Below, piece by piece: positions 11,526 through 22,755 of a DNA stretch of 64,000 nucleotides. Below the pieces are notes generated by a model that saw nothing but the letters and a program-made list of their open reading frames with translations, had not been told where the DNA came from and searched no databases. The DNA comes from an uncultured Acidobacteriota bacterium (GTDB lineage Bacteria; Acidobacteriota; JAQAZP01): NCBI GenBank assembly GCA_963836075.1, contig CAWIIB010000009.1:3232001-3296000 (forward strand), given 5' to 3'. The position numbers and the translations under genes were made by a program. Within the stretch, counting starts at the first letter, position 1. Every line of letters begins with the position of its first letter.

Positions 11526-11830
11526 CACCACTCACCATCTCCGGGGAAAATGCTGAAATGTTTCACCCCCTGGCGGGGGGCGGCCATCATGTTGACCACC
11601 GTCTCGCGCCAGCGGAGGTAGTGTTCCGTCTGCTGGTGGGCGGCAAAATCTTCCTTCTGGCGGTACACTTCATAGAGGAAGAAGCGGTTGGTGTCCTCTT
11701 CCGAGCGCAGAATGTCGAAACGGAGATTTCCCGGTTCGTCGCGGGTGTTCCCGGCGTTGTCCAGGGTGGCTGCGGTGAACTGGTCGGTCATCCCGGACTT
11801 CACCTGAACGGTGACACAGACCACATACAT
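11525..11830 (-). CDS. Antibiotic biosynthesis monooxygenase (ABM)/LsrG-like protein
   Basis: EPGNLRFDIL, FFLYEVY, HQQTEHY; 101 aa. Confidence 0.88.
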   Translation of the reverse strand: MYVVCVTVQVKSGMTDQFTAATLDNAGNTRDEPGNLRFDILRSEEDTNRFFLYEVYRQKEDFAAHQQTEHYLRWRETVVNMMAAPRQGVKHFSIFPGDGEW

Positions 11831-11983
11831 CGTCTATCCTCCTTAATCCTTGTTGGTCGGGCAGGTCATACGTTTATATATGACCGGCGGTGGGGGATCA
11901 ACCGCGGACCCGCCGACCGGGCCGGCGGTTTGGCGGCGGCACCGACCGTGGTATCATGGCCGGACTCGTTCTCGGAGCCTCCA

Positions 11984-13741
11984 ATGAAGATCCCAAAACT
12001 CCAGCCGGCGCTGGTCTGCGGTACCTTTTTCTTTATGGTCGGATCGGCGGCTTTTTTTCGCCTGACCAACTATGACATCTGGTGGCACCTGGCCACGGGC
12101 CGGCTGATCGCCGGCGGGGGAGGCATACCGCACAGCGACCCGTTCTCCTTCACCGCCCCGGGCGTGGAGTGGATTGACCACGAGTGGCTTTTTCAGCTGC
12201 TGATGTTCGGGATCCACTCGCTGGCCGGGCCCACGGGGCTGGTGCTGGCCAAGACGGTGCTGATCCTGGCCACGGCGGCGGTGGTCTTCCGTTTCGTCCG
12301 CCGCGAGACCGGTCTGCCGCCCGCCGCCGCCGCTCTGCTGCTGTTGCCCTTTGTCCTTGCCGGGCGGGACCGCTTCATCGTCCGCCCGGAGCTGTTCACC
12401 CTGCTCTTCTCCGCCCTGCTGCTGGACGCCCTCTTCCGCTCGCGCTCCCGGCGGGCCACCGTGGGGGATCTCTGGTGGATCCCCTTCCTCTTTGTCGCCT
12501 GGGCCAACATCCATGGCGGAATGATCGTCGGGCTGGTGCTGCTGAGCCTCTTTCTCCTCGGCCGTCTTATGCCCTGGATCTGGCGCGTGGGCGCGGCGGC
12601 GCCGCCGGAGCAGACGCGCAACCTGCCTTCCAGCGCCACGATACTGATCCTCCTCGCCGCCTCCACCGCCGCCGGGCTGGTCAACCCTTTTCTCCACCAG
12701 GTGTACACCGTGCCTTTCAAGCTGACCGCGTTGATCCAGGCCGGTGTTTTTCATAACCTGGAGTGGATCCGGCCCCCCTGGCCCGAGACCTGGCTCTACC
12801 ACCTGGCGCTGCTGGCCAGCCTGCTGATCATCGGCATGCGGCTGCGCAAACCGGACTGGGTCTCCATCTTTCCCTTGCTCTTCCTGATTGCCATTTCCTG
12901 GCAATACGTGCGCAATATCGCGCTCTTCGGCATGCTGGCCCCGCTGCTGCTGGTGCGGGTCTGGGGGGTGAGGCCGGCGGAGAGGGCCGACAGGGATTCG
13001 CTGACCATCTCGCATCTGCTGTTCGGACGGGGGCCGGTGCCGCTGGCGGCGGCGCTCCTCTTCTTCCTCCTCGGCCTCTTCCTGCTCACCGGGAACTACC
13101 GCTTCACCTCGGGCTGCGGCGTCGACCCGCTGCGCGTCCCGCAGCAGGCGGTGGATTTTGTTCAGCAGGAACAGCCGCCGGGGAATCTGTTCAACGCCTA
13201 CGTTTTCGGGGGGTATATCTCCTGGCGCCTCTACCCGGAGACGAAGATCTTCATCGACGGCCGCAACGAGGTCTTTGCCCAGCTGGGGCGGGAGGTGGGC
13301 CAGGCCAGGGAGGACAGTCGGAAGTGGACCGAGCTGCTGGAGCGCTATGCCATCGGCTATGCCCTGCTGGAATACAGCCCAGAGCTGGAACAGACCCTGA
13401 TCATGGATCCCGGGGGCGGCGCACCGCGGGAGGTCTACCGTCCCTCTTCCTACAACAAATTCCCGCGCAGCCGCTGGGCGCTGGTCTTCTGGGACGACAC
13501 AGCGATGGTCTTTGTCCGGCGCACCGCCGAGACCGGCCAGCTGATCGAGGCTCGCGAGTACCGCCACGTCTACCCTGAGAACGTCGCCTGCCAGCTGGAG
13601 TTGATCGCCGCCGGCATTGCCGACTCAGGACGGTGCCGGTTGGAGCTGCAACGGAAGCTGGCCGCCGACCCCGGCTGCCGGCGGGCCCGCGATCTGCTCG
13701 ACGCGCTGGGCCCCGCCCCGCCCGCGGCTGTTGCTCACTGA
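11984..13741 (+). CDS. Polytopic membrane protein, possibly GT-C-fold glycosyltransferase-like
   Basis: YDIWWHLATGRLI, DPFSFT, HEWLFQ, WANIHGG, FIDGRNE and many TM segments. ATG 11984 is preferred over the longer ORF that overlaps the ABM gene. Confidence 0.7.
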   Translation: MKIPKLQPALVCGTFFFMVGSAAFFRLTNYDIWWHLATGRLIAGGGGIPHSDPFSFTAPGVEWIDHEWLFQLLMFGIHSLAGPTGLVLAKTVLILATAAVVFRFVRRETGLPPAAAALLLLPFVLAGRDRFIVRPELFTLLFSALLLDALFRSRSRRATVGDLWWIPFLFVAWANIHGGMIVGLVLLSLFLLGRLMPWIWRVGAAAPPEQTRNLPSSATILILLAASTAAGLVNPFLHQVYTVPFKLTALIQAGVFHNLEWIRPPWPETWLYHLALLASLLIIGMRLRKPDWVSIFPLLFLIAISWQYVRNIALFGMLAPLLLVRVWGVRPAERADRDSLTISHLLFGRGPVPLAAALLFFLLGLFLLTGNYRFTSGCGVDPLRVPQQAVDFVQQEQPPGNLFNAYVFGGYISWRLYPETKIFIDGRNEVFAQLGREVGQAREDSRKWTELLERYAIGYALLEYSPELEQTLIMDPGGGAPREVYRPSSYNKFPRSRWALVFWDDTAMVFVRRTAETGQLIEAREYRHVYPENVACQLELIAAGIADSGRCRLELQRKLAADPGCRRARDLLDALGPAPPAAVAH

Positions 13742-13798
13742 TTTCCGCTGAGCTGACGATGACGGCCGGTTCAGCCCCGCGCCTGCAGGCGCTCGCCC

Positions 13799-14083
13799 TC
13801 ACTCCTCCCCATCCAGGAGTTGCCGGACCACCGGCGGGACAAAGATGCCGCCGAGATCTTCGCAGCGCAGCGCCTCCAGCAGCGCGGCGCACTTCTCCCC
13901 GGCGGGTGCCGCCCGGTCGAGGAGGATCAGCCGGCGACCGCGGAGCACGCAGGCCCCGCTGCGCACCGTCAGTTCCTGGTCCCGCGGGGTCAGCGGCGCG
14001 GTTCGGATCTCGAAGCCCAGGCGCCGGGCGAGATCCAGCAGCATCTGGAGCAGCGCCGCGTCATCCATTGTCCGGTCCTCCAC
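13799..14083 (-). CDS. Small hypothetical protein, last gene of the dgt-rpiB-dinG run
   Basis: Overlaps the end of dinG on the same strand; plausible globular 94-aa sequence. Confidence 0.7.
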   Translation of the reverse strand: MEDRTMDDAALLQMLLDLARRLGFEIRTAPLTPRDQELTVRSGACVLRGRRLILLDRAAPAGEKCAALLEALRCEDLGGIFVPPVVRQLLDGEE

Positions 14084-16061
14084 CCTGGATGCGGAAAAAA
14101 GCTTTCACCTCAGACAGTTCGGTGACCGTGGGGAACGCGGGGAGGCTGTCGAGGAAGATCTTGCCGTAGCGCTTGCGGGTTATCCGGTTGTCCAGCACGG
14201 CCAGCAGACCGTAGTCGAGGGTGGAGCGGATCAGCCGGCCCAGCCCCTGCTTGAGCTCGATCACCGCGCCGGGCACCTGGTAGCCGAAGAAGGGGTTTTC
14301 GCCGGCCTCCGCGATGCGGGCCATCCGGGCCTGGACCAGCGGTTCGGTGGGCACTTCGAAGGGCAGGCGGTCCACCACCACCGCCGAGAGCGCCTCGCCG
14401 CGGACGTCCACTCCCTGCCAGAACCCCCTGGTGGCCAGCAGTACGGCGTTGCCCGCGGCGCGGAACTCGTCGATCAGTGCGCGCTTGGGCATCTGCCCCT
14501 GGCTGAGCAGCGGGTACGGCACCCGTCCCTCGAGCAGGGTGCGGGCACGGTGCATGTTGCGGTAGCTGGTGAAGAGGAGAAAGGCGCGGCCGCCGGTGAT
14601 GGTGAGGATCTCGGCCATCCGCTCCGCGGCCCGCTCGATGAACTCGGGATTCGACGGTTCGGGCAGGTCGGTGGGGAGGTAGAGCACGGCCTGTTCCTCG
14701 TAGAGGAAGGGCGAGGTGACCTGCCGCTCGCGGCAGTCCCCGGCGCCAAGCCGGCGGCGGATAAACCCCAGGTCGCCGCTCACGGCCAGGGTGGCCGAGG
14801 TGAGGATCGCGGAATCGATGCGGCCGAACAGTCCCTGCTCCAGCAGCGGCGCAACCTCGATGGGCGAGGCGCGCAGCGTCCCGCCGCGGGCGCCGCGCAA
14901 CTCGCACCAGTAGACGTAATCGGGGTTCTCCATCTTCAGGATCAGCCCCAGTTCTTCACGCAGCAGCAGGGCGCGGCGGGCCAGGGCCTGGGCGTCCTCG
15001 GCGGGGATGGCCCCGTCGGCGGCGGCCCGGACCAGTGCGTCCCGCAACTCCTCCAGCACTGCGGCCAGGGCGGACCCGCGTTCCAGGACTCCGCTCTCCG
15101 CCAGCCGGCCGGCGTCGAGGACCAGGCGGTTCTCCCGGGTCGCCGCTCCGGGATGCAGGCGGTGCAACGCGGCGAAAAAGAGGTCCGCCTCGGTGGCCAG
15201 CTGCTGCAGCTGCTGTACGGCGGTGGCCGCCGCCTCAGCGGCATGTCCGGCGGACAGTAACCGGGAGGCGTCGCCGGCCAGGTCGTCCAGGCGCCGGCGG
15301 GACACCACGGTGCCGAAGTGGGCGCAGGCCACGTCCTCCACCAGGTGGGCCTCGTCAAAGACCAGCACACGGTAGGGCGGGAGGATCTGGCCGAACCCGC
15401 CGTCGCGCACCGCCATGTCGGAGAAGAGCAGGTGGTGGTTCACCACCACCAGGTCGGCATCCTGGGCCCGCTGGCGGGCCAGGGTGACAAAGCAGTCGCC
15501 GAACTCTGTGCAGTCCGACCCGAGGCATGTCTCCCGCCGGGCGGAGAGGGCGGCCAGCAGCGGGGAGCTCTCTTCCAGCCCCTGCAGTTCGCCGAAGTCG
15601 CCGAACTCGCTCTCCTCGCACCAGCGCTGGAGGCTGTCCAGCAGCGGCCCGTCCGCCGCGCCGGGAAAGAGGGTGGGCTGGGTCCGGGCCTGGGCCAGCC
15701 GGTGGCGGCAGAGGTAGTTGGCCCGGCCCTTGAGGTAACAGTAACTGAAGTCGGCGGGATGGCTCTCGGCGAGGAAGGGCAGGTCGCGGAAAAAGAGCTG
15801 CTCCTGGAGGTGTTTGGTGCCGGTGGAGATCACCGCCGACACTCCGGCCTCGACGATGGCGGCGAGGTAGGCCAGGGTTTTGCCGGTGCCGGTGCCCGCC
15901 TCCACCACCAGGTGTTCGCCGTCGGTGATCGCCGCCAGCACCGCCTCGGCCATCTCCTTCTGTCCCGGGCGGAACTCGTACCCTCCGAGCTCGCGGGAGA
16001 GGATGCCGCCGGGGTCGAAAAAGTCGCTCAGACCGTTGTCCGGCGTCGGGCCGTGGCTCAT
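14061..16061 (-). CDS. DinG/YoaA-family ATP-dependent DNA helicase
   Basis: Q motif [21 protein letters not shown], Fe-S cysteines, [18 protein letters not shown]. Confidence 0.95.
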   Translation of the reverse strand: MSHGPTPDNGLSDFFDPGGILSRELGGYEFRPGQKEMAEAVLAAITDGEHLVVEAGTGTGKTLAYLAAIVEAGVSAVISTGTKHLQEQLFFRDLPFLAESHPADFSYCYLKGRANYLCRHRLAQARTQPTLFPGAADGPLLDSLQRWCEESEFGDFGELQGLEESSPLLAALSARRETCLGSDCTEFGDCFVTLARQRAQDADLVVVNHHLLFSDMAVRDGGFGQILPPYRVLVFDEAHLVEDVACAHFGTVVSRRRLDDLAGDASRLLSAGHAAEAAATAVQQLQQLATEADLFFAALHRLHPGAATRENRLVLDAGRLAESGVLERGSALAAVLEELRDALVRAAADGAIPAEDAQALARRALLLREELGLILKMENPDYVYWCELRGARGGTLRASPIEVAPLLEQGLFGRIDSAILTSATLAVSGDLGFIRRRLGAGDCRERQVTSPFLYEEQAVLYLPTDLPEPSNPEFIERAAERMAEILTITGGRAFLLFTSYRNMHRARTLLEGRVPYPLLSQGQMPKRALIDEFRAAGNAVLLATRGFWQGVDVRGEALSAVVVDRLPFEVPTEPLVQARMARIAEAGENPFFGYQVPGAVIELKQGLGRLIRSTLDYGLLAVLDNRITRKRYGKIFLDSLPAFPTVTELSEVKAFFRIQGGGPDNG

Positions 16062-16522
16062 GGTTGCGGGGGCTTCTCGATCAGGTCCAGACGACGCTGG
16101 TGGCGGTCACCGCCAAAGGCGGCGTCCAACCAGATGCTGACCATGTCCAGGGCCACTTCGCTGCCCAGCACCCGGCCGCCCAGAACCAGCAGGTTGGCGT
16201 CGTTGTGCTCCCGGCTCATCCGGGCGGTGAAGGCGTCGTGGCACAGGGCGGCCCGGACCCCGGGAATGCGGTTGGCGGCGATGGACATGCCGATGCCGGT
16301 ACCGCAGATCAGGATACCGCGGGCGTGATCGCCGGAGGCTATGGCCGTGGCGATCCTGAACGCGTAGTCGGGGTAGTCCACCGAAGTCTCGTCGTAGCAG
16401 CCCAGGTCCACCGCTTCGTAGCCGAGGGAGGCGAGGTGTTCCCGCACCGTCTCCTTGAGTTGGAAACCGCCATGGTCGCTGGCGATGGGGATGACTTCTC
16501 CTCGGACGGCGGGTTGGGGCAT
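16058..16522 (-). CDS. rpiB: Ribose-5-phosphate isomerase B
   Basis: [33 protein letters not shown]. Confidence 0.96.
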   Translation of the reverse strand: MPQPAVRGEVIPIASDHGGFQLKETVREHLASLGYEAVDLGCYDETSVDYPDYAFRIATAIASGDHARGILICGTGIGMSIAANRIPGVRAALCHDAFTARMSREHNDANLLVLGGRVLGSEVALDMVSIWLDAAFGGDRHQRRLDLIEKPPQP

Positions 16523-16556
16523 CTTCCGGGTCTCCTCACTGCAGTGGAGCGGGCGC

Positions 16557-17903
16557 TCAGCGGCGGCCCAGCTCACGGGGATAGGGGCTGTACAGCCGTT
16601 CGTACTCGTCGAGAGCGTACTTGTCTGTCATTCCGGCGATGTGGTCGGCCACCAGGCGGACAAAGGCCGGGCTGTTGTGATAGTTGCGGCGGATCTCCTC
16701 GTTCACTTCCTCGAGGCCGAAATCCCGCAGGTAGGGCCGGCCGATCATGTCGCGGTAGCGGAGCAGGACATAGCTGTCCAGCTGCCGCGGGTTGGTGTAG
16801 TAGGAGCGGAACAGGGCGGTGACGAAGTGCCGGGCCCTGCCGTCCGAGCGGTTGACGTAAAAACTGTTGATGATGTAGCGGTAGATGAATTCCTTGAGAT
16901 TGTCGAACAGGATGCGGCCCCGGTGGTCGAAGTCCACCGCGCCGGCGGGCAGCCGGTCCAGTTTCCGGCGCAGGTCCTGCTGCTTCCCCAGACCCTGTTC
17001 CTCGCTCCAGCTGTTCAGCCGGTCCCAGGAGGCGAGGATCACGTTGGTCACCAGCAGGTGGATCAGCCCGCGGATCAGGGTGTTCTGCCGGCGGTAGCGC
17101 TGGCCCATGGCACTGTAACTGGTGCCCAGCCGGCCGATCACCTCGCGGGAGATCTTCAGCCGCTCCACCGCCCCGAAATCGACCTCGCCGGCCCGCAGGC
17201 CGTCCTCCAGGTCATGGGCCTGCTGGGCGATTTCGTCGGCCAGGGCCACCACCTGTGCTTCGAAGTGCGGGACCCGCCCGCGCTCGATCCCCTCCCAGCG
17301 GAACTCGGGGTACTCGATGTCGCCGCCGCTGCGGGTGTGCTTGAAGATGCCCTCCCGGGTCGGGTTGGTCAGGTTGATCCCGGCGTGGGAATAGCGGGTT
17401 TCGATCAGGTCCACCACCCTGATGCTCTGGAAGTTGTGCTTGAACCCTCCGGCATTTTTCAGCAGGTCCGCCTCGGTGTTGTCCACCTCCACCTGGCCGG
17501 AGAGGATCTCGTTGAGGATGTTCTCCCCGCTGTGGCCGAAGGGTGTGTGGCCCAGGTCATGTCCCAGGGCGATGGCTTCGGTGAGATCCTCGTTGAGGTT
17601 CAACGCCCGGGCCATGGTGCGGCTGATCTGGGCCACCTCCAGGGTGTGGGTCAGCCGGTTGCGGAAGTGGTCGCCCTCGAAGGGGATGAAGACCTGGGTC
17701 TTGTGCTGCAGGCGGCGGAAGGCCCGGGAATGGATGATCCGGTCCCGGTCCCGCTGGAATTCGGTGCGGTAGACGAAGTCCCGTTTCTCTTCGTCCACCG
17801 GGTGGGTTCGCCCGGCCCAGGCACTGCGCATGGCATAGGGCGCCAGCCGCCGGTCCTCAGCCTGCTCCAGCCACTGTTTATCGATGACCAGCTGTGTGTC
17901 CAT
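16557..17903 (-). CDS. dgt: dGTP triphosphohydrolase-like HD-domain protein
   Basis: [48 protein letters not shown]. Confidence 0.93.
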   Translation of the reverse strand: MDTQLVIDKQWLEQAEDRRLAPYAMRSAWAGRTHPVDEEKRDFVYRTEFQRDRDRIIHSRAFRRLQHKTQVFIPFEGDHFRNRLTHTLEVAQISRTMARALNLNEDLTEAIALGHDLGHTPFGHSGENILNEILSGQVEVDNTEADLLKNAGGFKHNFQSIRVVDLIETRYSHAGINLTNPTREGIFKHTRSGGDIEYPEFRWEGIERGRVPHFEAQVVALADEIAQQAHDLEDGLRAGEVDFGAVERLKISREVIGRLGTSYSAMGQRYRRQNTLIRGLIHLLVTNVILASWDRLNSWSEEQGLGKQQDLRRKLDRLPAGAVDFDHRGRILFDNLKEFIYRYIINSFYVNRSDGRARHFVTALFRSYYTNPRQLDSYVLLRYRDMIGRPYLRDFGLEEVNEEIRRNYHNSPAFVRLVADHIAGMTDKYALDEYERLYSPYPRELGRR

Positions 17904-18038
17904 GGGAAAATAGTACCCCAACCGGCTGCCGGGTTACAACTTGCCTGCGGGTTTGACCCGGTCGTTGCCCCGCGGATATCATGATTCCCGTTCGCCGCCC
18001 GGGTTTTCCGGCAGCGGTTTTCTGGAAACGAGGTTGTC

Positions 18039-18872
18039 ATGGACGAGAAGATTCTCAGGGTCGGGCACAGTCCCGACGCTGATGATGCGTTTATGTTTTA
18101 CGCCCTGGCCTGCGGAGCCGTATCCCTCGATGGGTATCAAATCGAGCACGTGATGGAAGACATCGAGAGCCTCAACCACCGGGCAATGACCGGCGAACTG
18201 GAGGTGACCGCCGTGTCGGCCCACGCCTTCCCGCTGCTGGCCGACCGCTACTGGATCATGGCTTCAGGCGCTTCCATGGGCGAGGGATACGGACCGGTGG
18301 TGGTATCCCGCGAGCCGCGCTCCATCGAAGACCTTGGCGGGCTGAAGGTGGCCACCCCGGGCCGGTTGACCACTGCCCGGCTGCTCAGTGACATCTGGCT
18401 CGAGGGCGCGGTGGCCGTGGACATGGATTTCGACCGGATCATCGACGCGGTGCTTTCCGGCGAGGTGGACGCCGGAGTGCTGATTCACGAGGGACAACTG
18501 ACGTACGCCGGTCAGGGATTGCGCAAGGTGGTGGATTTCGGCGAGAAGTGGGAGAAGGAAACCGGGCTGCCGTTGCCGCTGGGCCTCGATCTGGTGCGCA
18601 AGGACCTGGGCCGCGAAATGGCGGGCAGGATTTCAGCGGCGATCAAGGCCTCGATCAAGCACGGCTACGAGAACCAGGACCAGTCGATCCCTTACGCCCT
18701 GCAGTTCGGCCGGGGCCTGGACCACGAGACCGGCACCCGGTTCGTTAAAATGTATGTCAGCCAGCTGACCATCGACATGGGGCCGCAGGGAAAGAAGGGC
18801 CTGGAAACCCTTTTCCGCCTGGGCCATGAACGGGGGATCATCGAGACCATTCCCGAGATCGAACTGGTCTAG
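18039..18872 (+). CDS. mqnD: 1,4-dihydroxy-6-naphthoate synthase (futalosine menaquinone pathway, MqnA/MqnD family)
   Basis: GHSPDADDAFMFYAL, GEGYGP, LIHEGQLTY, LPLPLG. Confidence 0.88.
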   Translation: MDEKILRVGHSPDADDAFMFYALACGAVSLDGYQIEHVMEDIESLNHRAMTGELEVTAVSAHAFPLLADRYWIMASGASMGEGYGPVVVSREPRSIEDLGGLKVATPGRLTTARLLSDIWLEGAVAVDMDFDRIIDAVLSGEVDAGVLIHEGQLTYAGQGLRKVVDFGEKWEKETGLPLPLGLDLVRKDLGREMAGRISAAIKASIKHGYENQDQSIPYALQFGRGLDHETGTRFVKMYVSQLTIDMGPQGKKGLETLFRLGHERGIIETIPEIELV

Positions 18873-18909
18873 GACACGCCGGCCCGGCTCCCGGCGGTGA
18901 AAGTGGGCA

Positions 18910-20607
18910 ATGAACAGCATCTGGGTTGCACTGATCGGGATTGTCTGGCTTCTGCTGGCCTACCACCTCTATGGCCGGTTCATCGAGCGCCGGCTGACCC
19001 GGGCCGACCCCCAGCGCCCCACCCCGGCCCACGCGAAATTTGACGGGGTGGATTACCAGCCCACCCGGCCGATGATCCTCTTTGGACACCATTTCGCTTC
19101 CATCGCCGGGGCGGGCCCCATTGTCGGCCCGGTGGTGGCGGCCATGGCCTTCGGCTGGGTCGCCGGCGCCATCTGGATCCTGGTGGGAGTGGTTTTCATC
19201 GGCGCGGTGCACGACTACATGGCGCTGACGGTGAGCATCCACCACGACGGACGGAGCATCTCCGACACCTCCCGCGAACTGGTGGGCCGCCGTTCCTGGC
19301 TCCTCTTCCAGGTTTTTGTCTGGATCGCCCTGGTGCTGGTGATCGCCGTCTTCATCGACGTGGCGGTCCGCTCCTTCGTTGCCAACCCGCAGATCGTTTT
19401 TCCCGCGCTGGCCCTGCTGCCCATCGCCGTGCTCTTCGGCCTGGTCAACTACCGCTGGAAGGTGCCGCTGGTCCTGAGCACCGTGGGCTGTCTGGGGCTC
19501 TTCGCCCTCTCCATTGCCGCCGGGGCCTGGCTGCCGATCACCCTCCCCGGCGATCCGCAAACGGTGTTCCGCCTCTGGTTCTTCCTCCTCGCCCTGTACG
19601 GCTGGGCCGCCTCGGTGCTCCCGGTCTGGATCCTGCTCCAGCCGCGGGACTACATCGCCAACTGGGTGCTGTTGATCGGCATCAGCCTCGGGGCCCTGGG
19701 TCTGTTCGTCACCGGCTATCCGATCACCGCCCCGGCTTTCACCGGGCTGGTCAGCGCGGACCACGGCCCGATCTTTCCCATGCTCTTCGTGCTCATCGCC
19801 TGCGGAGCGGTTTCCGGGTTCCATTCCCTGGTGGCCAGCGGCACCACCTCCAAGCAACTGGACCGGGAGAGCCACGCCCGGCTGATCGGGTTCGGCGGGA
19901 TGATCCTCGAGGGTGGGGTGGCCCTGCTGGCCCTGCTGGCGGTCACTGCCGGACTCTACTGGCAGGGCACCGCCCCGCCGGGCAGCGAGGGGTTGGTGCT
20001 GCAGAACATCGAGGGCGGTCCGGTAATCGCTTTCGGCGCCGGTTTCGGCCGTTTTGTCGCTCCCTTTTTCGGGCTGACCTTCGGCCTGATGCTGGGGGTG
20101 ACCATGCTCAACACCTTTGTGATGACCACGCTGGACACCTCCACACGGTTGACCCGTTTTGTTACCTCCGAACTGCTGGGCAGCGTTCACCCGCTGTTCC
20201 GCAACCGCTACCTCGCCTCGGCCCTGGCCGTGATTCCGGCTTTCGTTCTCGGTATCTCCGGCGGTTGGAAACTGCTCTGGCCGCTCTTTGCCTCCTCGAA
20301 CCAGATGATCGCCGCGCTGGCCCTCTTCGTGGCCACGGCCTGGCTGGTGGGCCGGGGCCGGCCCTCGGTCTACACTCTGGTGCCGGCGCTGTTCATGCTG
20401 GCCACCAGCGTCAGTGCCTTTGGCTGGCAGGCCTGGCGGCACTTCTTCAGGGATGGCGGCAACCCGCTGCTGGGGCTGCTCTGCCTGATGCTGCTCCTGC
20501 TGGCCCTGGTGGTCTCCGTTGACGCCCTGCGGGCCACCCGGCGCGTTGATTCCCGGCGCGCCGCTGGTGACCACCGGAGCCGGGTGCGTCCGGCCGGTGC
20601 AGGGTAA
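18910..20607 (+). CDS. cstA: Carbon starvation protein A family transporter
   Basis: FGHHFASIAGAGPIVGP, GAVHDY, LLQPRDY, IACGAVSGFHSL, LWPLFASSNQ. Confidence 0.95.
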   Translation: MNSIWVALIGIVWLLLAYHLYGRFIERRLTRADPQRPTPAHAKFDGVDYQPTRPMILFGHHFASIAGAGPIVGPVVAAMAFGWVAGAIWILVGVVFIGAVHDYMALTVSIHHDGRSISDTSRELVGRRSWLLFQVFVWIALVLVIAVFIDVAVRSFVANPQIVFPALALLPIAVLFGLVNYRWKVPLVLSTVGCLGLFALSIAAGAWLPITLPGDPQTVFRLWFFLLALYGWAASVLPVWILLQPRDYIANWVLLIGISLGALGLFVTGYPITAPAFTGLVSADHGPIFPMLFVLIACGAVSGFHSLVASGTTSKQLDRESHARLIGFGGMILEGGVALLALLAVTAGLYWQGTAPPGSEGLVLQNIEGGPVIAFGAGFGRFVAPFFGLTFGLMLGVTMLNTFVMTTLDTSTRLTRFVTSELLGSVHPLFRNRYLASALAVIPAFVLGISGGWKLLWPLFASSNQMIAALALFVATAWLVGRGRPSVYTLVPALFMLATSVSAFGWQAWRHFFRDGGNPLLGLLCLMLLLLALVVSVDALRATRRVDSRRAAGDHRSRVRPAGAG

Positions 20608-21728
20608 TGAGAGGACCCGGGAAACAGAGGCTTGCCGTCAATCTGCTGCTGGCACTGGGGGCCCTGCTGGCGGCCGCGGGCCTGGGTGAGCTGGGCCTGC
20701 GGCTGTGCAAGCCCCGCCAGGTGATGATCCAGCGCCAGCCGGCCATCTACCTGCGAGACGAACTGCTGGGCAGCCGTTATGTGCCCGGGGCCAGCGGCCT
20801 GATGCACCGCTGCTTCGAGATCGACAACGTGGTGCGGACCAACTCCCTCGGCTTCCACGATGTGGAACACCCGTGCGCACCGGGCGTGCTGCAGGTGGCG
20901 GCCATCGGTGATTCGTTCACCGCCGCCTTCGAGGTTCCGCGGGAGAAAGGCTGGACCGCGCTGCTCCAGCAGCAATTGCGAGACGCGGGATTTCCGGGGG
21001 CCGAGGTGGTCAACCTGGGCCAGGACCACTCGGGCACCGATGTCCACCTGGAGATTCTCAGACATTACCTCGACGGGCACCGGCCGGCGGTGGTGGTGCT
21101 CGCCTTCTACGAGAACGACGTTGACGACATCCAGCGCGGCGGATACTTTCGTGAGACCGTCGACGGCCGCTACGTGATGGTCTACGGCTCCGTCGAACAG
21201 CGGGAAGCGATCCTCGCCCGGATCGGGGAACAGGCCCCCGGGCCGGCGACGATCTGGATCTGCGACCATATCTACACCTGCCGGCTGGTGCGCCGGCTGT
21301 TCACCGGCGAGGACGACCTCTACTTCAACAACATCGTCGGGATAAAAGGGCTGGGCCGGCCGCAGGGCGCGACGCGGGAGATGAGCGAGCTCATGCGTGA
21401 TCTGCTGCAGCTGGCGCAGGCGAAGGGGTTCATGGTCGTGGTGGCCCCGGTGCCGCCGCTGCTAAGCCCCCGGGGCTCGGTCTGGCGCTTGCGCCACAGC
21501 ACCGGGAAAGAGCTGTTTCGGGCTCTCAACGTGGTCAACGTTTTTCCGGTCATGGAGCGGATCCTGGACGAAGACGGCCGGGTTTTCGACGAGATGTACT
21601 GGGAACTGGACGCCCACTTCAACGAGTATGGCAACGAGGTTTTCGCCCGGGTGGTTTTCGAGGCGCTGAAACCGCGCCTGGAGGCGAAAGGGAGGAGCAG
21701 TGATGGAGGAGATGACCGGAACGGTTGA
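20607..21728 (+). CDS. Membrane-anchored SGNH/GDSL hydrolase-family protein
   Basis: N-terminal TM segment, TNSLGF, IGDSFT, FYEND, DAHFNEYGN. Confidence 0.8.
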   Translation: MRGPGKQRLAVNLLLALGALLAAAGLGELGLRLCKPRQVMIQRQPAIYLRDELLGSRYVPGASGLMHRCFEIDNVVRTNSLGFHDVEHPCAPGVLQVAAIGDSFTAAFEVPREKGWTALLQQQLRDAGFPGAEVVNLGQDHSGTDVHLEILRHYLDGHRPAVVVLAFYENDVDDIQRGGYFRETVDGRYVMVYGSVEQREAILARIGEQAPGPATIWICDHIYTCRLVRRLFTGEDDLYFNNIVGIKGLGRPQGATREMSELMRDLLQLAQAKGFMVVVAPVPPLLSPRGSVWRLRHSTGKELFRALNVVNVFPVMERILDEDGRVFDEMYWELDAHFNEYGNEVFARVVFEALKPRLEAKGRSSDGGDDRNG

Positions 21729-22746
21729 CCTGCGCAGCGACACGGTGACCCGGCCGGGTCCCGGGATGCGACAGGCCATTGCCGGGGCCGAGGTGGGCGA
21801 CGATGTCTTTGGCGACGATCCCACGGTGCTCGCCCTGCAGGCCAAGGTGGCCGGCATCCTGGGCAAGGAGGCCGCGCTCTTCGTGCCCAGCGGGACAATG
21901 AGCAATGGCATTGCGGTGAAGGTGCACACCCGGCCCGGGGACGAGATGATCGTGGAGAGCGGCTGCCATCAGTTCAATTTCGAAACCGGTTCCGCCGCTG
22001 TCCTCTCCGGTGTGCAGGTCTACGCCATCCCCGGGGTCCGCGGGGTGATCTCCGCCGATCAGGTGGAAGCGGCGGTGCGGCCCATCGACGACCACTTCGC
22101 GCGCAGCCGGCTGGTCTGCCTGGAGAACACCTGCAACGTGGCCGGGGGGACGCTCTTTCCCCTGGACGAGATGGAGCGGATACGCGAGGTGGCCCGGCGC
22201 CACGACCTGAGGATGCACCTCGACGGGGCGCGGCTGTGGAACGCGTCGGTGGCCGAGGGCATCGAGCCGGCCCGCTACGCGGAGATGTTCGACACGGTGT
22301 CGGTCTGTCTGTCCAAGGGGCTGGGAGCGCCCGTGGGATCGCTGCTGGCCGGGCCAGCTGATCTGATGATCGAGGCGCACCGGGTACGCAAAATGCTCGG
22401 CGGCGGCATGCGCCAGGCCGGTGTGTTGGCCGCTGCCGGTTTGTACGCCATCGAGCACCACTGGCAGCGGATGGCCGAGGACCACCGGTTGGCCCGCATG
22501 CTGGCCGAAACCCTCCACCGGCTGCCGGGAGTGGAGGTGGACCTGGAAGCGGTGCGGACCAACATCGTGATGGGCCGGTTGTGCCGCGAGGGCTGGACCA
22601 CCGAGCGGTTCACCGGCGAGTTGGGAGCGTTGGGGGTGCGGATCACCCGGTTCGGTGCCGACCGCTTCCGCCTGGTGACCCATCTCGACGTACAGGAAGA
22701 AGCCGCCCGGAGGGCGGCTTCTGTTTTCGAGCGTCTTCTTGGCTGA
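21703..22746 (+). CDS. ltaE: Low-specificity L-threonine aldolase
   Basis: [48 protein letters not shown]. Confidence 0.96.
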   Translation: MEEMTGTVDLRSDTVTRPGPGMRQAIAGAEVGDDVFGDDPTVLALQAKVAGILGKEAALFVPSGTMSNGIAVKVHTRPGDEMIVESGCHQFNFETGSAAVLSGVQVYAIPGVRGVISADQVEAAVRPIDDHFARSRLVCLENTCNVAGGTLFPLDEMERIREVARRHDLRMHLDGARLWNASVAEGIEPARYAEMFDTVSVCLSKGLGAPVGSLLAGPADLMIEAHRVRKMLGGGMRQAGVLAAAGLYAIEHHWQRMAEDHRLARMLAETLHRLPGVEVDLEAVRTNIVMGRLCREGWTTERFTGELGALGVRITRFGADRFRLVTHLDVQEEAARRAASVFERLLG

Positions 22747-22755
22747 ACCGGCCGT

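Noticed and set aside
11558-11983. N-terminal extension of the 727-aa ORF
   Set aside because: It overlaps the ABM gene on the opposite strand. ATG 11984 gives a normal membrane-protein start.
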